DNA from: Puccinia triticina
Taxonomy: Eukaryota
DNA: 64,000 nucleotides
Assembly: GCA_026914245.1 (NCBI GenBank)
Contig: CP110440.1
Span: 310,001-374,000 of the forward strand
Direction of reading: 5' to 3'
Notes under the pieces: generated by a model
Told to the model about the DNA's origin: nothing
The model's database searches: none
What the model saw: the letters and a program-made list of their open reading frames with translations, nothing else
Position numbers and translations under genes: made by a program
Shown here: positions 1 to 12,362 of the stretch, piece after piece
Position numbering within the stretch: position 1 is the stretch's first letter
How the letters are laid out: each line of letters opens with the position of its first letter

Positions 1-707
1 TGAACGTGAACTGCAGGCTGAGATTTGGCAAACTGCGGCTCGTTTGCACCAATTCCGCTGGCGCCTGGCTCAGACTCGTCGGACCCAGGCTATCTATCAA
101 TCGGTTTGGGATGGAAACTGGCTTCCAGAGGTTGATCTTGACGAGAGTGCGATTTGTGAAATTGAACCACCCTGCCACGTCCGTCAATATTATATAGCTC
201 AAGGATGGCGGTAATTATATCAGTGTTAATAACACTTCCTTTGAATGTGTTTACATCTAGGCTGAGCCATCACTGAATAAATCTCCGAGTTAACTACCCT
301 CCTGCTTTCTACCATTGTTGTTTGCATGTTAAATTGTGTTGCGTTCAACAAGACATACGCAGATTGCTCATCTCCTGAAGGCTCTCAAGTCTTGCGGATG
401 TACTGACTTACAGTGGACATGGTTGGTGTCAACAAAAGCCATGCAGAAAATCCAAATTTTGATGTAATCAGCTTCAAGAGTTGTTTAAGCACTAGGAGAG
501 ATATGCTCTGGTGTAGCAGACCAAGCTCACAGCTCCCGCCTGCCGTCCAGGATTCGTAAACATATGACTTGGTGTGACATTGATTCATTGGCTATTATTG
601 ATAGGTCTAAATACCAAAGGCACAGATGCCGACAAAACAGGTCACTTCCACTTTCCTATTTTGTGCTGCAGCCCGGCCTCAATCACTTATCACACTTAAA
701 GCTTTTT

Positions 708-733
708 GCCTGACCTATTGAGAGTCAAACATA

Positions 734-775
<42 letters not shown>

Positions 776-777
776 AC
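708..777 (-). pseudogene. degenerate tRNA-like remnant
   Basis: Minus strand reads GTGTACTTAGCTCAATGGTTAGAGCA..., which is an A-box/D-arm signature; the T-arm is decayed (GTTTGACTC). Confidence 0.35.
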
Positions 778-1242
778 ATTGCATGGAAATGAGATTGAGG
801 TGATTACACACGTAATATGCAAGAGGTTGCAAACTAAGTACATTTATCATTGGCATTGTGGTACACTGCAACTGAGCAGACAATCTACTCTCAATATGAC
901 CATCAATTAATTTTCATGTTGCTTCTAGCTTGACAAAAAAGTTGCTTTGGTGAAGCGTGTCCACTGGCTTATTAACAACTCATGGTGTATTTATAAGGGG
1001 CCTTTTGGATGCGTGGGTGAATGGCTGACTTCCTGTTGGGATCTGAGAGCCTACCAGAAGTGATCTGGAGCCCCAAAAGCTATATTTCCCAGCAAAAATC
1101 TAGACTTTTTGGGTCCATATCCACAAGTGCACACCCAGATGTGACGGGAAGTCATCCGCAAGATCCAAAATCTCAAGGTCTGAGATCCAACCCAGATCTG
1201 AAAAGTAAGACTACCACTTTCTTCTGCAGATTAGCAGCCACA

Positions 1243-2055
1243 ATGAAGCTTCCAAAATTCCCCTTCAAGCTGCTTTTGTCCAATTTCAATTTTCACAACT
1301 TGATATCTATTGTGCTACATGATCTAATCAAACATTCTGTTGTCATCAAATCTTGAAGTTATGCAAGCCGATTCAAGTTGCAATCTTTTCCCTTGTTCCC
1401 ACTAGATTTTGCATGCAGCTATGTTGACAGGCTCAATTTTAACAGAGGAATTAGTTGAAGATGCAAAATTCAAAAAAGTGATCATAGAGCCCAAGCTCAC
1501 CCTTTCAAGTTCTACCAAGCCAGATGCAGAGATGGTAAGCCTATTAACTATGCCTATTCTATCAGGGACTTCTGCCTATTCCAAGATCTAAGACAGAGTA
1601 ATATCTTATTGCCTTTGTGGTTGTTTTTCTTGATGACTGATCTGGATGGATTGATGGGTTTGAAAGCCAGGATGTACATTTTGTCTGAACAAAATGAATG
1701 ACAAAAATCAGAATGGGACTTAGCCTTGTTGTAGTCTCTCCTTGGTATTGTGTAGATCAATAGCTTGATGTGAACTCTTGATGTCCACTTTGTCAGAGAA
1801 AACATGATGTAAATATCAGTGTATTCTTTCATTCACTGCTTCCTAGCTCAATACTAAGCATGAGTAAATGAGCACCATTGTTTTTCCACATTGACTGATT
1901 TAGAAGATGGTGTTGCAAGCCAAAATTTGGTTCTTCTCACAGCAACATAAACAGAAAACCAGACAAGCAAGAACTATGTTGTTGCATTTGACAAATGTGG
2001 TCAATGGTGGTTTTTCTAGGGAAAGTGTTCTTTTTGTGAAGTAAAAATTTCCATT
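1243..2055 (+). pseudogene. pseudogenised paralog of the secreted double-RING gene
   Basis: Same start context (GCCACAATGAAGCTTCCAA) as 3383. Has a homologous exon 2 (MLTGSILTEELVEDAK...SSTKPDAEM, GTAAG donor), a decayed RING1 (CTFCLNK...*...CVDQ*...*CPLCQ) and a decayed RING2 tail (CGQWWFF*GKCSFCE), with stops and a frameshift. Confidence 0.7.
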
Positions 2056-3382
2056 GAAGCTGAAACCAGGCCTCCACATGTTGCGGCCACTGCTTGGATG
2101 AATCATTTATGCATTTATTTTCAAATTTGACTTGCATAAAATCATAACACCATAAAATCATAAACTTCAAGCTGAAAGAAAAGAGAATACTCAAATACTC
2201 AAACTAAATCAATAGCTCTAAATAGTTTTCAAGAACAATGCAAGACATTATATTTATCATCTAACAAAATTATACCCACCATACAAATAACTGTTGAGAG
2301 TGTAGCTTGCAAGGAAATGATGATTTTATTACTAAGTGATAAAATCATGTAGATATAGTATCTAAAAGAGTCCTGTGACAGTTTTCGCAGTCATGACCTA
2401 TGTACATGTCACAACACTAACCATACCACTGGCACCAGCCATTGAAGCTACTTACAGAACCATTCTCTCCTTTCTGGAATCTCCATGTTGAGAATTGTTG
2501 ACAACCAAGCTGACCTCTTTCAGCACTGCCCGCCTCAAATCTTAGAAAATGAAACATTAATGGAATGGGTACCTTGCAAAGATCTTTTTAAAATCTCTTG
2601 AGAACTGCATACACCATAGAGATATTTATTTTTTTGCATTCAAAACTTAAAAATTAAGAAATTCTTGGTACAACTAGAAGGGGGAGAAGAGAGGGAAAAG
2701 GGGGGAAAGGCTTTCCTAGACAGGAGAGAGGGAAAACTCTCTGCCGGACTAGGAAGGAAAGGGGAGGATTTGAGTCTAAGTATTATGGGATGATGTAAGC
2801 ATGTGAAAGGATTGTGAAAGATTCTTGTGAGACCCCCAAAGGTGGGGCTCACACATTATCCTGGAGCATCTTGCATTTCAAATTCCAGCAGTTGTGCAAC
2901 TTTTTCTTGTAGTGATGTGTGATTTGATATTACTCTTCCTTATTTTTGAGGCAGATAAACAGAGCCTCACTGAATTCAAGAAAAAAATTTAACACTGAAT
3001 TGTAAAAGTGCATGCAATTTGCATGTGGGCAACTTTTAAAGCCCCTATTTCCACCTCAATATTAATGCCCTGGTTTCATATAAATATGATTTGGTGTATC
3101 ATACAGTCTCAGACTATAGTGAACAGGTCTAAATATAAAATTCATAAGCTTTTTACTGTTGAAAAAACAGTTAAATTCTATTTCATGTTGCCTAGTGCTG
3201 CACAGCCTTGAAAATAATTTAAGTTTTTTGTCTAACTTAGAATTTATGATAATTTCTTTGTTTCATAATTGAATTGAAATTTATTTGATGAGATTTCTCA
3301 ACTGGCCACTCAATAAACCAAGTTGTATACATAAGTAAAAGCTCCCACCCCCACATTCTTATTCAGGCAACCAGAAGCCACA

Positions 3383-4388
3383 ATGAAGCTTCCAAGATTC
3401 TCCTTCAATCTCATTTTTATCACATTTGGTATCTTGATATTTATGGATGTAGGTGAAATAATCATGTATTGCCTTTTAATCACACCTTGGAGTAATGGAT
3501 TCTGAATGGGTTGCAAATTTACCTACTTCCCAATAGATTTCACATTCAGGCATGTTGCCTGGATCAAGCCTAACAGAGGGTTTTTTAAATGATGCAAAGG
3601 GTAAGACAGTGAATCTAGAGCTCAATCTAGCCCCCCCAAGTTCTACAAAGAGCAATTCAGAGACTGTAAGTCCATTCAATCTACCTATGCCTTCTGCTTA
3701 CTATTTCCAAGAAACAATACAGACTATATCCACCTAATTACCTCCTTTGTTTATTTTATTGATTACTCATTGGTACCATGTGATTGTTTTGGAAGACGGA
3801 ATGTGTAATTTGCCTAGAAAAACTCACCAGCAAAACAAAGAATTGGACCTTGCATCATTGTGGCCACCGCTTCCATCGTGGTTGTGTGGGTCAATGGTTT
3901 GGTATCAAATGTCACTGTCCAATTTGTAAAACAGAATATCCTGATTTGGAAAGTGTAAGTCCATCAAACCTGTTTATAGTTATAATTTCAGCTATTCCTT
4001 ATACAAGTCACAATGTCAAGATGAAGCAAAAATTAAATACCCTTCAGGTTATTTACTTAATTTCTGATCTGGATGATGTCTTTTCCAGTCCATTTGTTTA
4101 ATTTGTGAAGAAAGTATTGACATTGAAGAGCCCTGGAAGTTCAGAACTTTGAAACGTTGTAATCACACCTTTCATCGCAATTGTGTGGACAAACTTCTCC
4201 AAAAAAAAGGAAGATGTCCCATTTGCCAAATCAGATGTCCTGAAATCAAGTATGAGCAGGTATGTGGCTATTTTTAGACTTCATTTTGAAATAAATCTGA
4301 CCCTGTTTCTCTGGTAATGTTTCCAAATTCATCTCCCTAACTGCAGGACCCAAGACTCTATCAAGTCCGTAATGCAGAAGCAAGATAA
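3383..4388 (+). CDS. putative secreted protein with two RING-H2 (C3H2C3) fingers, 185 aa; exons 3383-3452, 3550-3665, 3796-3954, 4089-4259, 4347-4388
   Basis: Four GT-AG introns splice to one open frame of 558 nt. N-terminus is the hydrophobic MKLPRFSFNLIFITFGILIFMDVG. RING1 is CVIC-x15-CGHRFHRGC-x10-CPIC; RING2 is CLIC-x17-CNHTFHRNC-x10-CPIC. Confidence 0.8.
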
Positions 4389-5124
4389 CTTTACAATATT
4401 CAATCAACAATACATTTGCATCATGTGTAATCTCTAGGATTGTGTATAATCCTAAGACTGGTGTTCAGGAATCTCATCTACTGGGACCCAGATACCACCT
4501 GCAGGTATGGGTACCAGGTTCATTTTCAGCCCAAGACAGGAACCAGCCACCGCACCCACCACTGCTGGGAAGGTGTCTGGTGGTAATAACTCCCATTATG
4601 AAAACTTTCTTTTGATATCCAGTATTGGCCGTAAGCAACCCTAAGCTATCCCAATGGCTTTTACTGGCCATTAGGAGAGCTCACATTCCTAAACCCCCTC
4701 AATGGTTAGTACTGGGCCTTGGGGAGGCATTACCAGCAATCAAGAGAGTACATACACTCTCCCAAGGGCTGGTACTGGCTATTAAGAGAGTGTATGCTCT
4801 CTCAACTGCCAATATTGTGTTGAGGTTAAACATGCTAACATGATGCACCACCATAATTTGGAGCAGCTGCGAAGTTGTACCTAGAGAAGTAATACAGAAC
4901 TAATTATTGAGGGGAAGACAGGATAGTTGACTGAATTTTGCAGACTTGAAATCCTGTGACACTGGTGATGTGAGAAATTAAAATGTTGTGATTCAGTGAG
5001 AGAAGAAACTCCAAAGATAATCCAGTATAGACTATATACAGGATTCTGATTGAGTAAGTATTATGGTTGAAGCATACATGGACTATAACCAACTATCTTA
5101 ACATTACTCAGCAGGAAGCCACAA

Positions 5125-5210
5125 GCGTCTGTAGCCTAGTTGGTAAAGGCAACATTCTAATGTGTGTCTCAGCATAGCCGGGATCATGAGTTCAACTTTC
5201 AAAAGACACA
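5125..5210 (+). pseudogene. degenerate tRNA-like sequence (tRNA pseudogene or SINE head)
   Basis: GCGTCTGTAGCCTAGTTGGTAAAGGC gives a D-arm (GCCT/AGGC) and A-box. GAGTTCAACT is B-box-like. Acceptor stem pairs only partly with AAGACAC. Confidence 0.45.
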
Positions 5211-6199
5211 TCTTCATTTGACAGTCTTGAAATATTGACCCTTAGGGGAGTGTATGTTCTCTCTTGATGACAGGTATTGGTAGCCAAAATCCCCAATTGC
5301 CCAGCAAATTCAGGTGCCTGTGGTAGGCTCTGCAGGTACAGAAGGCGGTTAACCGGGCGCCAGGTTATTTTTTCACCAAAACCTGACACCCAGCATGGCA
5401 CCCAGTGTCAGCCTTAGAGCCAGCACAGCTGGCCTAAAGTCTGCCTTTTTCTACTCTTTTATACCCGAAGTACCTTATGTCTTTTTTACCTTAAGAGTTA
5501 TCCTTATTTTGACTTCATATTCTGTTTTCTCATGGAATTTTAACCCTACTTACAACTTACCATTTCTTTATAACTCTACTCCTTCCCTGAGTTCTTGAGT
5601 TATGGCCCGCATGCGCAGTTGTGACATCTAAGCGCTACTAGGTGCACCAACCACATGTTCAGATATAATTACAAAAGCAAACTGTGAAAATTTTTGAAGT
5701 CAGGATCCCCCTTGCATGAGGAGGATCTACAGACTTCAGACACCCAGAACCACACCCCCAGATAACTCAGGATCACCACCTAAGAGGATACCACGCTCCC
5801 AGTACACCAGCTACCATCACAGGCGCCTAGGATATTGACAGTCAGCATCAATATTTCACTGAACCTTGATTATCTCAGTCTGTGCCTCTTTGACTTTTCT
5901 CTCTCCCTGCTCTTCTTTGATCACAGGTCTTCATATATTTTGACCTCATAACCAAAGGATTCTGCTGCTATTCATCCTTCTTTTTCTGTGGTTTTTGTAA
6001 GAAACAAACCACATAGGTTTCCCTTTAAAGAACCTTGACTATCCAGAGAGAAGTCTAAAAAATTGTGGCTGATTAGACTTGTTTAATTCAGAGTCCTTCC
6101 ACGTTTCCTTTGGTGGAAGTTAGTACCCACCAGATTATCATTGAAACTCAGAATATCCTCTCTCAGATCTTTTTCTCTTTCTCTTTTTCTCTCTCTCTA

Positions 6200-7583
6200 C
6201 ACAGCGGGGCAGATTGGGAAAAGCCAATGCGTCCAGAAGGTGTCCCAGCAGTCCATGCGCCATGGTGGCGTGCCAGGGACCCAGAGCCATACTGGCGCCA
6301 CTCGGTCATGCAACAGGACGCCACCGGGACTGTGGGCATTGGTGGCGCCCCTGGTGCGCCAATGAGATGCCACCGACCTGGGTGCCAGATGGCCACCCCA
6401 GTTAGATGCCTGTGTGACGCACCGGTAGGGGAGGCGCCATCACTGGCTGTCATGGGGTCGTCCATGCCGGCTGTCCGGCTGACGCAGCAGTCCTGATGGC
6501 GCCACTGGATATGGGAGGCCCCCACTGCGTCCTGGGGTTGCCCAAGGTGCTAGAACGCCCAATCGGCGCCCTGGCCAGGTGTGGGCCATTGAAGGGCCCA
6601 TGTTGCAATCCAGCCAGCTTGGATTTAATTCATATGCATATTCAATAATCATGCCACAAAAAAATGTGGTTGACCAGCACGCGCAGGTCTATAAAGACTG
6701 CTCTCCTTGTGCCCCAAACAACTCCCGTCTTTGATGTTCAGCTGCTTGATACCCCCATGCGTGGGGTGTACCACCAACCTCTCCCAACTCTTCCTCAACA
6801 TCCTCCTGTAGTGATGTTCTTCTCAGTGCCCTTGCTGCCAAGATTGCAGATATGTATGTCACCTTCCCCCCATTAAGAGTCCTCCGGAAGATCCCATCCC
6901 TATTCTATGTAGCTCCCCCTTCCCTCCCCCTCCATGTGTATCCCTGCCGTGTAAATAGCCTATATGTGCACCTTGTTGTATCTCAGATGTCCCCTTCCAT
7001 GTTGTTTGTAGAAGTAAAATTACACATTTATATAATACATCCGAGCATTTCAGTCAGGCACCATTGCCCATGAGACCCTAGCCATGCAAATTGGCAGCCC
7101 AGTGCCCGCGTCCACCGTGTCACACCGATGCACAGATGCTACCCCAGTCAGCTTCTATGACTGCTGTCAATATCATGCCCAGATGACCTTCTGGGGCCCA
7201 ATCCAACTGCTAACCTCACAGCGGCCTCAAGGCATGTCATCCCGGCGACTTCAGAGGCGGGAGCCTGCCATCCTCAAGCCTGTCTACCTTGCGTCGCCGT
7301 AGGCGCCATGAGGCCATCCTCCAGAACGATCTCACAAGAATGTCAGCATGGACGCCCGCGGGAGATCCAACCATGGCGGCCTGAGGTCGGCCACCCTGCG
7401 CCTCTGTCGGGTTGGCGCCCCCCTGGGCTGCCCTAGGTGCGCGACCAGAGATGGCCGCAGGGCCTGGCTTGATGGTGTCCTGGTGGCGTGTGGCAGGACG
7501 GCGCCGTGAGGGCGTCCGACAACTGCAGGGCCCTGCTGGCGTCGGGTTGGCCGCCCTGCTGACATCCCACTTGCCCCGCTGTG
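6200..7583. mobile_element. non-autonomous TIR DNA transposon with TA target duplication
   Basis: TA|CACAGCGGGGCA ... TGCCCCGCTGTG|TA; GC-rich subterminal arms; no recognisable transposase. Confidence 0.7.
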
Positions 7584-9040
7584 TATGTCAGAGATGGGTT
7601 ACTCTGGGGAAGCACTCAATGGAAGTTCACTGGGATAATCCGGTGGCTCCAAGTTGTAGATGGGGTTGAATCTGATCCAAAGAGTTTACGCCCAGATGGT
7701 GATAAGTATTTGAGACAGTCAGGCTTGAGTTTCTGGACAGTGATATGTTGATATGAGCAAAAATGGCTATTTGAAGTAGTGATGTGTTGATGTATCTTCA
7801 AATAAAGAGGAATGAATAAAAGATGATTATTATTTTTGCTTCTTCTGAAAGTCTAGGGAACAATAGAGCTTGAGGAGTACAACTTATGTACCAGGCTTCT
7901 TGATTTTGACTAGATACAAGCATTCATAAGCTATGTCAATAATAAAATCAAAGAGTGTGAAATGTGAAGAAAAATGTGAAATGAGTGTGAAACTAGTAAT
8001 AATTGCAGATGGTTTAGCAAAACAGAAAGTTGGCAAGTTAAGGGGTAACTTGGTTTTGCTTGCCGGCTGACACTCTACTATTTGTAATTTCTTTATCCCA
8101 AGAAATCCAAATACTGCCCACCCATTTCCTTGTGTCCTGCTGTCACACAGGCTCACAACCAGCACCTCCTGGAGGGTGCACAGAAGGCACAAAGGGTAAT
8201 CCCCATGGATCCCCATGGGTGCCAGGTACCTGCACCTGCTACAGCTCAGAAAATATATTGACTTTTTCTAACCTCTTGACCAGGAGGATTTCCTTCTTGT
8301 TGCCCAGGTTTAATAATCCCTGAAACCAGGAGGGTTTCTTTCTGGTTTCCAACATACAGCCCCAGTAACTTGAAGGAATACATCCTAAACGGTTGAAGAG
8401 GTGGATGGGTGTAGATTTCATAATCAAAGTACCTGCAACGGGTCGGGGTCCTTTTGCCAGGTCCTCACCAAATCCCAAACTCCAGGTTACAGCAGCCCCA
8501 GAGCACTTTTGGCCTGGTCTGGTTTGGACAAGACCCATGAAAGCACGGTCAGAACACAGTAACAAAAATAGGGGGTTACAAAGTTGAAATCAGGTCGCGC
8601 AGGACCCCAATCAGGTCTGATTTCCAGGAAAAAAAATCACTGCCAAAAACACCAACCTGGGGGCTCTACTTTGAATGCCCCCAAATGCAAGAATCTCCTG
8701 ATCTTGCACCCAGGAGTTCTCAACTACGCCAAACGTTCATTGCGCCGGAACACCGTAACATTTCTTGGAAATGTTTCTCACGCCATAACCAAATTTTTCC
8801 TTGACCACTCTGAAACGTCCCTGAAACCCTGCAGTGTGGGCAAACATTTCTATGAGGTTTTGAAAATGTTCTGCCGACCCAAAAGGGTTATTCCAAACCC
8901 TGTAACGTTCTTGCAGCCATTGTGGTAGCCAGACCGGTACAGGGCTCCACGGACATCGAAAATCCTCAAAATAAACTCCGCCTCCGCCATATGAAACCAC
9001 CCACCCCAGATCCTCAGTCCTCTGCACAGCCTCCATTTAC

Positions 9041-9160
9041 TTTACTCCGCTCTTTTCCGCTTTACTCCTCTCTTTCGCGCTTTACTCCGCTCTTTCCCGC
9101 TTTACTCCACTCTTTCCCACTTTACTCCGCTCTTTCCCGCTTTACTCCGCTCTTTCCCGC
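9041..9160 (+). repeat. 20-bp minisatellite, 6 copies (TTTACTCCGCTCTTTCCCGC)
   Basis: Directly visible tandem units. Confidence 0.9.
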
Positions 9161-9692
9161 TCCGCTCTGCTCTTTTCTGATAAAATCAGGCTTAAAAGAA
9201 ATAGATTTCAGTAAAAACAAATAAAAATGTAAATACAAAAAGAATGAGTTTTACCTTAAAAGAAACAGGAACAAAAGATAAGATGAGAACAGAACAGGAA
9301 ACCACCACCACACACTAGGTTTTATGGCTAATAAAATAAGATAAGGTTAGATGATGGAATACATGGTCAACAAGGATAATAACAAAGCAAATAAGAACTT
9401 ATTGTTGAGCCGCCTAGACAGATGACCTCGACAAAATTCCCCAAGACGAAATTGACAATTTGAGATGTCTTGCGGGTTGAGAGATAGGTGTCGAGATGAG
9501 GAAGAAAAAGAAAGAGTGGTAAACTGGAATCAATGAAGGACGGTCAGCAGCGCTCTAGAATTGAAGTGTTCGCAGTGCGTCCACAATGTTGACGTCATAG
9601 TCCGAGTCCGTAGAGCACCGCGCACAAATCCGTAACGTACACCGTGCACACCGTAAGCTGCTCACTGATTCCAACACACAACGGTGGGCCAG

Positions 9693-11930
9693 CTACGCTA
9701 ACCGTAGCGTTAGCGTGGCGTCAGGGCAGCTGGCTGACCAATGTCCAGGTTGGCGGCATATATGGCAGTTGTTGTTGTTGGGGCGAGCTGCATTGGCAGC
9801 ATTACCATTTGGTTTGGTAGTTTCATCAGGATCAGGAGTCTGAGAAGACATGTCAGCAATCATGTGATGAGGACTTTGAATATTGGGAAACAAAGCCTGG
9901 CTGTTCGAGGACTCGGATATGGCAACCTGGCTACGACATACGTCGTACATCTTCAGCAGGTCATTGAAAGACGGGACCTTCTGAAGAGGGTTGGTATAGA
10001 TGATGTGTTCCACTCGTTGGGCCATCTCGTGCTTGGTTGGTCCCGCTCTTTGGTTGCGTTGCAGGAGAAGACCGAGAATGTTGTCCTCCGTGAATTGAAC
10101 GTTGAGGTCCTTCAAATCGGTGATGAGGTCCCTGACCCGGGCGCCATATGCTGCAGCCGTTGCGAAGGAGTCCGGTTCAACCCAGAGAAGAGTGTCAAGT
10201 GTCGAAATTTGAGCCGCACGACAGATCGAGTTGAAACACAATTTGAGAGATTTGAAGCCGTCATGGCATGTAGCCATGCTCGATATGCCGTCTTCTAGTG
10301 ATTGATCAATGGAGTGCAAGAGGCCTGCCCGGCCAATTTTCTCATGGTGAATATTGGTAGACGGCTTCACAAAAAAATCGGTGTTGTAGAGGAGTTGGGA
10401 TGCCAGTTCTCTAAGTCTTCTCACCCATTGTCGGTAGTTGCTTCCATCTGCAAGTAGGACGTCCCGGTCGCGGATCAGTTTGATCGCCAATGCTATGATG
10501 GACGCCGTTTTTTGGCAATCTTCTTCCGCAAGACAAAGGGTGCGTGTCTCTTCCAGAACTTGATCCAGAGCGTCTTGTCTTGCTTGAGTCGAGGGGACGG
10601 AGGTTGTGCCTGGAGCGGGGTTTGAGCTACTGGTGTTTGCGAGACTGCCGCTGGTTGTTGATAAACCGGCGAAGGGGTGATTGGAGACTGTCTTTGGGCG
10701 AAGTGTGGTGGGAGAGGGTGGTAAGGATAGGGAGCATAGGGGTAGGGGTGATAGAAACTGTAAGGAGAACTGGCAAAATCGGGCATCGGCGGATTGATTG
10801 CTTGAGCTGCGGGATTTTGAGCCATGTGTGGAGGGATCTCGTGGTTCTCGTCTTTCTTCGACACAGGGGGGGCAGTTGTGTTCGGTGTTATCGGGTTGGG
10901 AGCAGGAGTAACAATAGGGAGGAGTGGAGTGGTAGGGATGGGATTAGATGAAGCGGTTGACATAGCGGGATTGGATGAGTCGACGGAAGGGTGGGTCGGA
11001 GCAGGGGTATTGAACTGAGTGGGGGTAAAATGATAGTGGGGAATATGAGGAGTAGGGTTTCTGAGGGGAAGAGTTACAATAGGTTTTTTGTTGTCGGGAT
11101 GAGATGGGGAGGATGTCGAGAGAGAAAGGAAAGGGATAGTCAAAGCATTGTGTTTATCGATTTGTTGATTCCGAATATGAGTTGATGTGGAAACTCTGGT
11201 TTGTGATTGAACACTTGGAGACAATGGTCCGGATGAAGAAGATTGAGAGGATCCAGTCGGAACGGTAATGGGAGGAGGATTGTTGGGATCGGACATGTAG
11301 GTATGAATATGAAAAGAAAGGGAAAGACTAACTCAGGTAGGCGGGTCTTGGGAGCCTGGTGGTCCAGATGAAGAAGATGGAGAGGATCCGGTTGGAACGG
11401 TATTGGGAGATGGGTTGGTGGGATCAGACATATAGGTATAAAGTTGAAAAGAAAAAAGGAAGACTAACTCAGGTAGGCGGGTCTTGGAAGCCTCGTACCT
11501 TTACAGAGAAAGAATCTATGAAGCTAGTAAATACTCCGGACTACTTATCTGTCCGTACTGTGAAGATGCGCCTAAACTGGCCAGGAGAAAGCTTAATCTC
11601 AACGGTTACAGATAGGTAGAACTTTTCAATACTTGCAACAAGGGTTCAATCTTGTTGGTACCTCGCAACCTTCACGTGTTGCAACTAGAGAAAGTAAGGG
11701 AATAGAGATTGAGTTTAATGGTGTATATAAGGTTGACTTTGGTTGAATAAAGCCTGTTTTGAGCGGAGAACTTTAAGGGCTCATAACCTGTTGTGAGTGG
11801 ATGCGCACACAGGATGATGATTGCATATGTAAGAGGGGAGAACACTATATATAGAACTATGTACAAGCATAACTGTGCCGTAGTCGGCTACCCATAAGGC
11901 CATAGGTATAAGCATACCTATGTCCTAACA
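9693..11930 (-). mobile_element. truncated Ty1/Copia LTR retrotransposon (5' LTR ~11789-11930, PBS, broken gag)
   Basis: Minus strand TGTTAGG...CAACA is followed by GGTTATGAGCCC, the same PBS type as the Copia at 39062-39071. Gag is split over ORFs 10493-11296 and 9693-10490, with a LADGSNYRQW motif and zinc knuckle CHICRQPGHWSASC. No pol or 3' LTR seen. Confidence 0.7.
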
Positions 11931-12362
11931 AATAGTACTCAATACTTGAGGCGCGCAAGCAGAGCATGGCCACAACAGTAACACGCTGCGGACTGTCCCG
12001 CAGGACCGCGGTTCGAGCCCCAAGGGAGACAATCACAACAAACCAACTATGGCTGCGGGTTCAATTCCCACCTGGTACAACAACGTTCAGACACCACGAG
12101 CACGCAGGTTCAACCCCCACCCTCAACAAAAAGTTTAATCAACCAACAGGATACTGGTTCAAGCCTCCATCTCAACCAAAAATTCACTACGACTCATCCG
12201 CAGAAGGATTCAACACCTCAAAGTTATTCAACCTCTCATCACCAGACACTACGCCCCCCCCCCCCCCCCCAAGAACTTCCCCGGAAAAAAGGCCCAGGCA
12301 GAATAACCAAACACAGTCATCAGTCGGAATTGGCTGGGGACAGCCAATAAGTTGGGGGAGGA

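Noticed and set aside
2374..2853. Solo LTR between the RING paralogs
   Set aside because: TGTGA...TCACA ends only; the flanks do not match, so it was not called.
6665..7039. Solo LTR inside the TA-flanked element
   Set aside because: TG...CA ends and a TATA-like motif are present, but there is no TSD or second copy.
6110..7669. Cluster of overlapping short ORFs as genes
   Set aside because: By-products of GC-rich non-autonomous transposon arms; no recognisable domain.
9041..9160. CRISPR-like array
   Set aside because: Contiguous 20-bp units with no spacers, in a eukaryotic context; a plain minisatellite.
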